From Myxococcota bacterium (GTDB taxonomy: Bacteria; Myxococcota_A; UBA9160; UBA4427), in the NCBI GenBank assembly GCA_036336835.1, contig JAYZFK010000040.1, positions 1 to 64,000 on the forward strand: a DNA stretch of 64,000 nucleotides. Reading direction: 5' to 3'. Position 1 is the first letter of the stretch. Every line of letters starts with the position of its first letter. The translations under genes were made by a program, and so were the position numbers. Below, in pieces: positions 29,922-38,678 of the stretch. Below the pieces are notes generated by a model that did no database searches, had not been told where the DNA came from, and saw nothing but the letters and a program-made list of their open reading frames with translations.

Positions 29922-32900
29922 ATGTCGCGACTCGGGAGCCGCCTTCTCGGCGGACTCACTCTGCTGCTCTTCGCGGGGACGGCCCCGGCCCAGACCGCGT
30001 TCGTTGCCTTCGAGAGCGGTCATGTCCGGCCATTGGCTCTGTCCCCGGACGGGACCCAGCTCTTCGTCGTGAACACCCCGGACAACACCCTCGAGATCTT
30101 CGACGTGGGTGTCGGCGGGCTCACGTTCTCCGCCTCGCTGCCCGTGGGAATGGAGCCCGTCGCGCTGGCGGCCCGCACCAACGACGAGATCTGGGTGGTG
30201 AACCACCTCTCGGACAGCGTCAGCATCGTCGATCTGTCCGGCCCCGTACCGATCGTGGCGCGCACGCTGCTCGTGGGAGACGAGCCGCGCGACATCGTCT
30301 TCGCCGGCACGGGCGGCAACCGCGCCTTCATCACGACGGCCCATCGCGGTCAGCACCGGACCCACCCATCCATCGCAGGCGTCTTCAGTGTCACCAACCC
30401 GGCCGATCCGCGCTTCACCACCGCGGGCATCGACCGGGCGGACGTCTGGGTCTTCGACGCCCTCGCCCTGGGCAACACCCTCGGCGGCACGCCGGCCGAC
30501 GTGCTCACCTTCTTCGCCGACACGCCCCGAGCGCTCGCCACCGACGGCACCACCGTCTATGTCGCCGCATTCCTCTCGGGCAACCAGACGGCGACCGTCA
30601 GCGAAACCTTCGTCCCCGACGGATTCGACCTCGCCCTGCCCGCCGGCGGCGCACCCGGTGGTGTCCCCGGACCCGCCGACGACGTCGGCGGCGATCCGGC
30701 TCCGGAGACCGGCCTGATCGTAAAGTGGAACGGGGCGGACTGGAATGATGCCGTGGGCCGCAGCTGGAACGGGGTCTTTCCGTTCATCGCCGGCTTCGCG
30801 CTGCCGGACAACGACGTGTTCGCCGTCGACGCAAACACCCTGGCTCACGGCACGGTCTTCAGCTCGGTCGGAACGATCCTGTTCAACATGGTCATCAACC
30901 CCGCGAGTGGGAAGGTCTACGTCACCAACACCGAAAGCCCGAACGAGGTGCGCTTCGAGGGCCCCGGTGTCCACGGCGGCAGCACCGTCCAGGGCCATCT
31001 CTCCGAAACCCGGGTCACGATCCTCGATCCCGGCGGCCCGTCCCAGGACGTGCAGCACCTGAACCAGCACATCACGTACACGGACCTGCACACCGACCCC
31101 GGTGCGGACCACGCCGCGATCAACGCCCAGATCCCCCACAGTCTGGCGACGCCGATGCTGCCGGCGATCCACAGCACAGGCAGCCCGATCTTCATCCCGG
31201 CCTTCGGCTCGGCGAAGATCGGCGTCTTCACGCAAGCCGAGCTCGAGGACCCCGCCTTCGAGACCAACTACGATCCCACCATCGAGAGCTCTGCCTATCT
31301 GTCGACGACCGGCGGCGGGCCCAGCGGCGTCGCTCTCGACGAGGCCAACGACCGCATCTACGTGACCACGCGGTTCAACAACTCGGTGGAGGTCATCGAC
31401 CTCGCCAGCGGCACCACCTCGGCGATCCACCCGCTCCACAATCCGGAGCCTCCGTCCGTAGTCGACGGACGGTCCTTCCTGTACGACGCGGTCGCCACCT
31501 CTGGCAACGGCGAGGCTTCCTGCGCGAGCTGCCACATCTTTGGCGACTTCGACGCGCTCGCCTGGAATCTGGGCGACCCCGACGGCGGGCTGGGCATCGA
31601 CAATCAGCCGCAGCCGGACCCGCTCCTCGAGGCCGCGGACCCGACCGGTCCCTTCCACCCGATGAAGGGCCCGATGACGACCCAGACGCTGCGCGGCCTG
31701 TCGACCCACGGAGCCATGCACTGGCGCGGCGATCGGGCAGACGGCTTCTTCGGCGTCGACCCGTGCACCGAGCCCGGCTACGCGGAGGCGAACTCCACGA
31801 ACGCGCCGTGCGCCGAGGATCCCGCGTTCCGCAACTTCATCGTGGCCTTCGAAGGCCTCGTCGGGATGGAGGGCACCATCACGACGAGCGAGATGCAGCA
31901 GTTCGCCGACTTCATGCTGCAGGTCCAGCTGCCGCCGAACCCGGTCATCGCGCTGGACAACTCGCTGAGCAACCCGACGGCGCCGGCGCCCAGCGAGCAG
32001 CGGGGATCCGACAAGTGGTTCAGCTGCGGTCCGGGCACCATCGAGTGCGCGCCGCTCGACCCGCTCGCCACGGACACCGTGGAGGACTGCGACGGCTGTC
32101 ACAGTCTCGATCCGTTGAACGGCTTCTTCGGCACCGGTGGCGAGCAGAGCTTCGAGGGCGAGCCGCAGCACATGAAGGTGCCGCACAACCGCAACATGTA
32201 TCAGAAGATCGGCATGTTCGGAGTGAGCGGGAACCAGGTGCGCGGTACCGGCTTCCTGCACGATGGCTCGGTCGACACACTGAAGACCTTCGTCTCCGCC
32301 GGCCCCTTCGCGCTGAACGCCCAGGAAGAGGATGATCTCGAGTCCTTCATGCTCGCCTTCCCGACTGACATTGGGCCGATCGTGGGCCAGCAGGTCACCA
32401 TCGGCCCCGGCAACTTCAGCGTCACGGACATCAACACGCGGATCTCACTGATCGACACCCAGGCCAGCGCCACCTTCGAGTCGGCAGTCCTGGGCGGAGC
32501 CGTCAGTCAGTGCGAGGTCATCGTGAAGACCGTCGAAGGCGGCGTAGAGAAGGGCTACTTCAGCGCGAACGGCGCAACCTACACACCGGACGACAACGGG
32601 CCGGCCATCAGCGAGGCGACCCTTCGCGCCAAGGCCGACCCGCTCGGCGACGCCCAGACCCTCACCTACACGGCCGTCCCGCCGGGCTCGGGCATCCGAA
32701 TGGGCATCGACCGCGACGAAGACGACCTGCTCAACGGCGTCGAGACCAATACCGGCGTGTTCCTGGATCCGGAGCACACCGGCACCAACCCGGCACTCGC
32801 CGATACGGACGGGGACGGCTTCGACGACGGAGTCGAGGTACTCGCGGGCTCGGACCCGAACGATCCCGCCAGCACCCCACCGCCGCCGAACGTTCCGCTG

Positions 32901-32984
32901 CTGGGACCCATCCCGGCACTGCTCCTCGCGAGCGGCCTGCTGCTGGGCGCGCGTCACAACCTGCGGAGGCGCCGCTCGAGCTGA
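29922..32984 (+). CDS. Secreted YncE-like beta-propeller / diheme c-type cytochrome protein with Ca-binding repeat and C-terminal anchor
   Basis: Signal peptide; propeller motifs LALSPDG, VVNHLSDSVSIVD, GPSGVALD; CASCH and CDGCH heme motifs; HWRGDR, FLHDGS; DTDGDGFDDGVE; tail VPLLGPIPALLLASGLLLGARHNLRRRR. ATG after GGAGG. Confidence 0.85.
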   Translation: MSRLGSRLLGGLTLLLFAGTAPAQTAFVAFESGHVRPLALSPDGTQLFVVNTPDNTLEIFDVGVGGLTFSASLPVGMEPVALAARTNDEIWVVNHLSDSVSIVDLSGPVPIVARTLLVGDEPRDIVFAGTGGNRAFITTAHRGQHRTHPSIAGVFSVTNPADPRFTTAGIDRADVWVFDALALGNTLGGTPADVLTFFADTPRALATDGTTVYVAAFLSGNQTATVSETFVPDGFDLALPAGGAPGGVPGPADDVGGDPAPETGLIVKWNGADWNDAVGRSWNGVFPFIAGFALPDNDVFAVDANTLAHGTVFSSVGTILFNMVINPASGKVYVTNTESPNEVRFEGPGVHGGSTVQGHLSETRVTILDPGGPSQDVQHLNQHITYTDLHTDPGADHAAINAQIPHSLATPMLPAIHSTGSPIFIPAFGSAKIGVFTQAELEDPAFETNYDPTIESSAYLSTTGGGPSGVALDEANDRIYVTTRFNNSVEVIDLASGTTSAIHPLHNPEPPSVVDGRSFLYDAVATSGNGEASCASCHIFGDFDALAWNLGDPDGGLGIDNQPQPDPLLEAADPTGPFHPMKGPMTTQTLRGLSTHGAMHWRGDRADGFFGVDPCTEPGYAEANSTNAPCAEDPAFRNFIVAFEGLVGMEGTITTSEMQQFADFMLQVQLPPNPVIALDNSLSNPTAPAPSEQRGSDKWFSCGPGTIECAPLDPLATDTVEDCDGCHSLDPLNGFFGTGGEQSFEGEPQHMKVPHNRNMYQKIGMFGVSGNQVRGTGFLHDGSVDTLKTFVSAGPFALNAQEEDDLESFMLAFPTDIGPIVGQQVTIGPGNFSVTDINTRISLIDTQASATFESAVLGGAVSQCEVIVKTVEGGVEKGYFSANGATYTPDDNGPAISEATLRAKADPLGDAQTLTYTAVPPGSGIRMGIDRDEDDLLNGVETNTGVFLDPEHTGTNPALADTDGDGFDDGVEVLAGSDPNDPASTPPPPNVPLLGPIPALLLASGLLLGARHNLRRRRSS

Positions 32985-33012
32985 GCGGGGCGGATCGATC
33001 GCGGAAGCGGCC

Positions 33013-33525
33013 CTACTTCAGCTCGAGCACGTAGCGTCGGATCTGCAACGGGTGCCTGTCCGCGGTCTCGATCTCGAGCATGTAGCGACCGCTGGACAAG
33101 AATGCGGGGTCGATCTCCAGACGCACCCCGGATCCGGCCCCCGGAAGCGGGCTCGCCTTCGTATCGATCCGGCGTCCGTCGTCGGCGACGATTCGCACCG
33201 CACGACCGCCGCTGCCGCGCGCCTCATCGGAGAGATCCAGAGCCAGGCGAAGCGGCCCCTCGTCCGGGAGCGCAGCGCGATCGAGAGCGAGCCGACCGCC
33301 TGCCGCAATCCGAAGTCCCGGGACGGCGGCATCCGGCGCCCGAGCCGGCGGCGTCTCTGGCACAGGCGCCACTCGGGCCACCACGGGGTGCTCGGTCGCA
33401 GAGGCATCCGCCGCGCGCTCTCTCTCCGCCGGCCCACCCCACGTGAGCCACGCCCCGAGTGCGAGAACGGCCAACCCGCCAAGGACCGCGACCCAACCAG
33501 ACCAGCTGTTCTGCGATCCGGCCAT
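33013..33525 (-). CDS. Hypothetical membrane-anchored protein
   Basis: ATG after GGGGAGGA; N-terminal TM (WVAVLGGLAVLALGAWLTW), Pro/Ala linker, beta-rich C-terminus (SGRYMLEI). Confidence 0.7.
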   Translation of the reverse strand: MAGSQNSWSGWVAVLGGLAVLALGAWLTWGGPAERERAADASATEHPVVARVAPVPETPPARAPDAAVPGLRIAAGGRLALDRAALPDEGPLRLALDLSDEARGSGGRAVRIVADDGRRIDTKASPLPGAGSGVRLEIDPAFLSSGRYMLEIETADRHPLQIRRYVLELK

Positions 33526-33627
33526 GCGTCCTCCCCCTCGCCTCGTGCTTCGCTGCGCGCTCGACCCAGGTAGCAAACCGCGCCCGGCGAGCGCGCCGAC
33601 TCCGGCGCTTGCGTCCGCACCGTCAGC

Positions 33628-34635
33628 CTACCGCGGACGCCCTTCCGCAGGGTGGCGCTGCGCCGCAAGGACTTCCAGTCGGCGCTCGCGCGCCGGTCGC
33701 ATCGGGCAGTCTCTGCAAGCGAGCCCGATGCCGCCTGCGCGCTCCTTCGCGTACCCGACAAACTCCTGCCATCGGGCGATCTCGCGCAGCCGGCCGGTCG
33801 CGCGTCGGAGCACGCGTCGTCTCGCCGCGCGCGCGACCCACACCGCGATTCGCGCGGCGCGTCCGAGCAACGAGCCGATGCGGCGGCCCGGCCGCTCCTT
33901 GCGGTCGAGGATCGCGTTGGCAACACCACCACAGTAGTGGCGCTTGGTCAGCAGTGCGTCGGACAGCGCTGCCGCCGACAGCTTGTGCCGCGCCACCGCG
34001 TCCGGGTGGTAGCGGATCCGCTGGGCTCCCGGCTCCCGAAGGATCGCCCGGCACACATCGGTCTCGTCGCCACCGAGCAGACAGCGTCCGATCCGCCCGA
34101 GCTGCTCGTCGAAGCCGGCGAGGCGTTGGAGTACCGCGCGCCGGAAGGACATGTTCGCGCCGCTCAGGATCCGGACGTCGCGCGCTAGCTCGCCGCAGTC
34201 GAAGGTGTAGATGGCGAGCCAGGCGGGCTCGATCGCCTCGCGATCCGCCGGCTCGATCCCCGGCAACAATCGACCGCCGACACCCGCGACGTCGGGCGCG
34301 TCGTACCCATCGATCAGCGACCGGAGCCACGCCGGATCGGGAAGGCAGTCGTCGTCGATGAAGGCGATGATCTCACCGCGTGCCTCACGCCAGCCGCGAT
34401 TGCGGGCGGCCGAGAGTCCGGGCTCGGCCTCGAGCACCCAGCGCAGCTCGACGGGCGCGCGGCGCGCAGCCTCTCGAACGACCCTCGCAGTGTCGTCCGG
34501 CGAGCCGTTGTCGACGACGACGATCTCCCAGCGGAGAGCCGGGCCGACGGACTGGGAGAACAGGCCGTCGAGCACGTCCGCAAGATCGGCCGCGCCCTTT
34601 CTCGTGCAGAGGACGACCGAGGCGTGCTGGATCAG
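33628..34635 (-). CDS. GT2 family glycosyltransferase (probable non-canonical CTG start)
   Basis: SVVLCTR, EIVVVDNGSPD, GLSAARNRG, FIDDD, GANMSFRR, GGDETD. The conserved N-terminal strand lies upstream of the first GTG (34575). Confidence 0.88.
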   Translation of the reverse strand: MIQHASVVLCTRKGAADLADVLDGLFSQSVGPALRWEIVVVDNGSPDDTARVVREAARRAPVELRWVLEAEPGLSAARNRGWREARGEIIAFIDDDCLPDPAWLRSLIDGYDAPDVAGVGGRLLPGIEPADREAIEPAWLAIYTFDCGELARDVRILSGANMSFRRAVLQRLAGFDEQLGRIGRCLLGGDETDVCRAILREPGAQRIRYHPDAVARHKLSAAALSDALLTKRHYCGGVANAILDRKERPGRRIGSLLGRAARIAVWVARAARRRVLRRATGRLREIARWQEFVGYAKERAGGIGLACRDCPMRPARERRLEVLAAQRHPAEGRPR

Positions 34636-35861
34636 GAGCAGCCGCTCCGCGAGGAGCTGGCGCAGCCTCCGGTCGCATTCGGCGCGTCACACGGCGGCGG
34701 AATCGCCGGGATCGCTGCGGGGGCGGGCCTGGAGACCACGTTCAGACGCGAGTCCGAGTGCTGCCACTGCCGGGCCTGCAGGGTCTCATCGACGTAGGTC
34801 AGGTCCGGGCTCGCGTGATCCTCTTCGCGGTTCGTGCGCCCGGGACAGCGCTCGCACTGGTGAGGCAGCTCTTTGCGAGCGTACCCCTCGCGCATCTCCA
34901 CCAGAGCCCGCTGGTTCCACATCTCGCGCAGACTCCCGTCGCGGATGTTCCCCATCGCAAAGCGCTGCGCGCCGCAGGGACCGATCGTGCCATCGCAGGT
35001 GACCGTGAAGCTGCGGAACGGGCAGGCCGGGATGCCATCCGTCTCCTCGACACCCCCGTAGAACATCCGAATGCCGAAGCTCGCCGCCTTCTGTTGGGCC
35101 TCCGCGTAGCGCGCCTGGACTTCGCGTTTCTGGTCGAACACGGACTGGTCGGCGAGCGCCTGGTTGTAGACGATCAGATTGTTGAGCTCGATCTCGTTGG
35201 CGCCGCACGCCGAGGCGAGATCGACGAGGGCCTCGAGCTCGCCGAGGTTCTGCTTCATCAGCACGCTCTTGAACGTGAGCCGCGGGGAGTCGGAGAAACG
35301 CTGGCGCTTGAGCTCGTCGAGCCTGCCCAGGTTGGCGATCAGCGTGTCCAGACTCGCGCCGCGCACGGCCCGGTAGGTCTCCTCGGTCGCCCCGTCGATC
35401 GAAATGGTCATGTGATCGAGGCCCACGTCGATCAGCTCGCGGCTGGTCTCCTCGGTCAACAACAGGCCATTGGTGTGGAAAGTGACCATGCAGCCCTGGG
35501 CCTTACAGGTCTCGATCATCCACAGGAGATCCGGATGAAGGAGCGGCTCACCCCAGCCGTGCAGCACCGCCATCCGCGCTGTCTTGAGGAACGGCAACAG
35601 GGCGAGAAAGGTCTCGCGCTGCATGTGCGCCGAGTTGTCGACGAGATCCTTCCAGAAGGTGCTGCGGCCGCACATCTTGCACCCGAGATTGCAGGCCGTG
35701 GTGGGCTCGATATGCACGATGTCGGGGTTCGAGAGCAAGTAGCCGCGTCCGAGCCGGCGCTCGACCTCGTTCAGAGCCGTGTTTGCGAGAGATCCGTAGG
35801 AAGCCCGCCCCGCTCCGTGCTTGCGCAGCTTGTGACGTAGCTCGCCGAGTTTTTGCAGCAT
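34632..35861 (-). CDS. Radical SAM protein with SPASM/twitch-type C-terminal domain
   Basis: CNLGCKMC, GWGEPLLHP, TNG, SIDG; C-terminal CPF...CDGTIGPC...GNI...CERC; ATG after GGAG. Confidence 0.92.
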   Translation of the reverse strand: MLQKLGELRHKLRKHGAGRASYGSLANTALNEVERRLGRGYLLSNPDIVHIEPTTACNLGCKMCGRSTFWKDLVDNSAHMQRETFLALLPFLKTARMAVLHGWGEPLLHPDLLWMIETCKAQGCMVTFHTNGLLLTEETSRELIDVGLDHMTISIDGATEETYRAVRGASLDTLIANLGRLDELKRQRFSDSPRLTFKSVLMKQNLGELEALVDLASACGANEIELNNLIVYNQALADQSVFDQKREVQARYAEAQQKAASFGIRMFYGGVEETDGIPACPFRSFTVTCDGTIGPCGAQRFAMGNIRDGSLREMWNQRALVEMREGYARKELPHQCERCPGRTNREEDHASPDLTYVDETLQARQWQHSDSRLNVVSRPAPAAIPAIPPPCDAPNATGGCASSSRSGCS

Positions 35862-36100
35862 GCGGATCTCCAGCGGCCCGGGTCGGGCTATCGTCGTCTG
35901 CCGCAACTCGCTAAGTATGGAGTTCCGCCACCCAGGCTTCAAGCGCGCTCCGGAGCGAGCCACCCTCGGGGTCCAGGGAGAGCTGGTGTAAGTAATCATA
36001 CGGATGAATCGCGGGAGTCGGATTTGCCCAACAGAGCCGCTACGTACGACGAGAGTTGCCGCCCCGAGGGAGGCCGGCCGAGCGCAAGGGAGCGCTTCAA

Positions 36101-37300
36101 GTGAAGCGCGTCGCATTGGTCGTTCCCGGCTTCGAAGAGGGCGGCGGGGTACCCGCAGTTGCTCTCTTCCTGGCGCGCATAATGCGCGACACGGGTCGCT
36201 ACGAGCCCGAGTTCATTTCGCCGGTGATGAACTCGTCGGACCCGCTGGGCGTCCGGCTGTTGTCACCCCGGAGCTGGCTGCGCGGGGTTCGCAGCGAGCG
36301 GGCTACCTGCCACGGAGAGCCCTATACGCGGATCGGCGCGTGCGGCAGCGAGCTCGAGTTTCAGCGCTTGCGGCCCCGGGCCGCGCTGACCGAGCTGCTC
36401 TCGGGATTCGATCTCGTGCAGATCGTTGCAGGCGGACCCGCCTGGGGCTGGCTCGCGCGCGACGTCTCGGTGCCGACCGCGATGCAGGTCGCGACGCTCG
36501 CTGCCGTGGAGCGACGCGCGGTACTGGGCGAGGGCAGCGTGCCGCAGCGCGCCTGGCGCTCGCTGATGACGCGCATCACCACCTGGCTCGAAGCACGTGG
36601 GCTCGACGGCGTCGACGCCGTGTTCGTCGAGAACCAGTGGATGGACGATCACCTGCGCGAGCAGATCGGGAGCGAGCGAGTCATCTTCGCGCCCCCCGGC
36701 GTCGACACCGACCGCTTCCGGCCATCCGAGTCTGCGCAAGAGCCTCCCGGTCCGGGAGTCGTGCTCTGCGTGGGCCGGCTGGCCGATCCGCGCAAGCGGG
36801 TCGACCTGCTGTTCGAAGCGTATGCGGGCCTTTGTGCGCGACTCGAGGACCCGCCGCGGCTGCTGCTCGCGGGCGGCAGTGCGCCGCCCGAAGCGAGCTG
36901 GGCCCGGGCGCGCGAGCTCGGCGTGCTCGAGCGCATCGAATTTCGCGCCGACGTCCCGGGGGATGAGCTCGTAGAGCTCTACCGCAACGCGTCCGTCTTC
37001 GCGCTCGCCTCCGATGAGGAAGGACTCGGCATCGTGATCGTCGAAGCCATGGCCTGCGGCCTCCCGGTGGTCACCACCGACTGCGGCGGTCCCTCGACAT
37101 CCGTGCTCGACGGAGAGACCGGAATCCTCGTCCCGCGCAACGACCCCGAAGCGATGGCATCGGCCCTGCACTCGTTGTTCACCGATCCGGCGCAGCGCGC
37201 TCGCATGGCGCGAAGCGCCCGCGCGCGCGCCACCGAAGTGTTCTCGCTCAAGGCAGCCGGGCAGCATTTCATCGACTGGTACGATCGCACCCTCGCCTAG
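36101..37300 (+). CDS. GT4 family glycosyltransferase
   Basis: PPGVDTDRF, VGRL...KRVDLL, EGLGIVIVEAMACGLPVV; GTG after GGGAG. Confidence 0.93.
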   Translation: MKRVALVVPGFEEGGGVPAVALFLARIMRDTGRYEPEFISPVMNSSDPLGVRLLSPRSWLRGVRSERATCHGEPYTRIGACGSELEFQRLRPRAALTELLSGFDLVQIVAGGPAWGWLARDVSVPTAMQVATLAAVERRAVLGEGSVPQRAWRSLMTRITTWLEARGLDGVDAVFVENQWMDDHLREQIGSERVIFAPPGVDTDRFRPSESAQEPPGPGVVLCVGRLADPRKRVDLLFEAYAGLCARLEDPPRLLLAGGSAPPEASWARARELGVLERIEFRADVPGDELVELYRNASVFALASDEEGLGIVIVEAMACGLPVVTTDCGGPSTSVLDGETGILVPRNDPEAMASALHSLFTDPAQRARMARSARARATEVFSLKAAGQHFIDWYDRTLA

Positions 37301-37324
37301 CCTGCACGATCGAACCCATCGCAA

Positions 37325-38653
37325 TCATTGTCGCTCGGTGAAATCCGCGCCGTCATAGCTCGCGCGCAGGGACGAGCGCCAAGCGTCGAGCGCCTGACGC
37401 ATTCGCTGCACGAGCTCGGGATGCTGCTCGGCGAGGTTCGTCTGCTCGGCCGGGTCCGCGAAGATGTCATACAGCGCGACGCTGGCCGGGCGCTCGCCGA
37501 GCGATGGCCCGACGATCAGCTTGTACTTGCCGTCGATCCAGACACCCTGGGTGTGCCGCACGAAGTCGAGCTCAGCCAGCCCGTCGGATCCGGGCATGGT
37601 GGAGGTCCGGAGCATGAAGCCCAGCGGCTTGGGCCGCTCGGTCATTTTCCCCTCGAACAGGGGAAGCAGACTGATGCCGTCGAGTGCGGGTTGATTGGGC
37701 AGCGCGATGCCGACGATGTCCAACAGCGTCGGGTACATGTCCATGTGAACCGCCGGGACGGACGTCCGCATCTCCTGTTCGATCTTTGCCGGCCACTCCA
37801 CCACCCCCACGGTGCGCACGCCGACCTCTCCCTTGCCCTTGCCGGAAGGGTCCATCGACGCCTTCGTGATGCCGCCGTTGTCGCTGGTGAACCACACGAT
37901 GGTGTCGTCTGCGATGCCCAGCGCCCTCAATTCACTGCGCAGGTCGCCCATGGCGGCGTCCACGCCGCTGATCTCACCCCAGAAATCCTGCTCGTGCCAG
38001 ATCAGATCCTGGTAGAGGGCCTTGAACTCGGCGGCTGCCCTGTGCGGATGATGCGGCGAGCCGAAAGAGACCTGCACGAAGAAGGGCTGCTCGTCGGCGG
38101 CCCGCCTTCGGATGAAGTCCAACGCCAGCGCCATCGTCGCCACGGACGTGTCGCCTTCCATCGGCAGCATCTCGCTGGTGTCGCCGACTTGCAGGCTGGC
38201 GCCCAGATCGTAGAAGTTGATCCGCCAGATCGCCTCGTCGAAGCCCATCTTCAACGGACTCGTGTCGCCTCTTCCCACGTGCCACTTGCCAAAGTGGCCG
38301 GTGGCGTACCCGGCCGTCTTGAGTGCCTTGGCGAGGGTGATCTCCTGCAGCTTGATCCTGCCCAGCGGGTGCTGCCCCGCGCGGAACGGCGCGCGGCCAG
38401 TCAGGATCGCGAATCGACCCGGCGAGCAACTCTGCTGCGCGGCATAGAAGTAGTCGAAAGGCATGCCGTGGGCAGCCATGTCGTCCAGGTGGGGCGTCTT
38501 GACGATGTCGTTGCCGCTGTAGCCGGTGTCGCGCCAACCCATGTCATCGGCCACGACGATGACGATGTTGGGCTTGACCGCCCCACGGCCGAGGGCAGGC
38601 GAGGCGATCGTCAGCAACAGGCACGCGAAGATCGTCCATCCAGTCGGGTTCAT
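37325..38653 (-). CDS. Secreted formylglycine-type sulfatase
   Basis: Signal peptide; PNIVIVVADDMG, CSPGR (CxPxR), GKWH, FTSDNG, LYDIFADPAE. Confidence 0.93.
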   Translation of the reverse strand: MNPTGWTIFACLLLTIASPALGRGAVKPNIVIVVADDMGWRDTGYSGNDIVKTPHLDDMAAHGMPFDYFYAAQQSCSPGRFAILTGRAPFRAGQHPLGRIKLQEITLAKALKTAGYATGHFGKWHVGRGDTSPLKMGFDEAIWRINFYDLGASLQVGDTSEMLPMEGDTSVATMALALDFIRRRAADEQPFFVQVSFGSPHHPHRAAAEFKALYQDLIWHEQDFWGEISGVDAAMGDLRSELRALGIADDTIVWFTSDNGGITKASMDPSGKGKGEVGVRTVGVVEWPAKIEQEMRTSVPAVHMDMYPTLLDIVGIALPNQPALDGISLLPLFEGKMTERPKPLGFMLRTSTMPGSDGLAELDFVRHTQGVWIDGKYKLIVGPSLGERPASVALYDIFADPAEQTNLAEQHPELVQRMRQALDAWRSSLRASYDGADFTERQ

Positions 38654-38678
38654 GCGAGGTGGACCTTCCGTCGACGAG

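Noticed and set aside
34632..35861. Anaerobic sulfatase-maturating enzyme or RiPP maturase
   Set aside because: Short twitch-like Cys set rather than a full SPASM motif, coupled to a glycosyltransferase, and no precursor peptide nearby.
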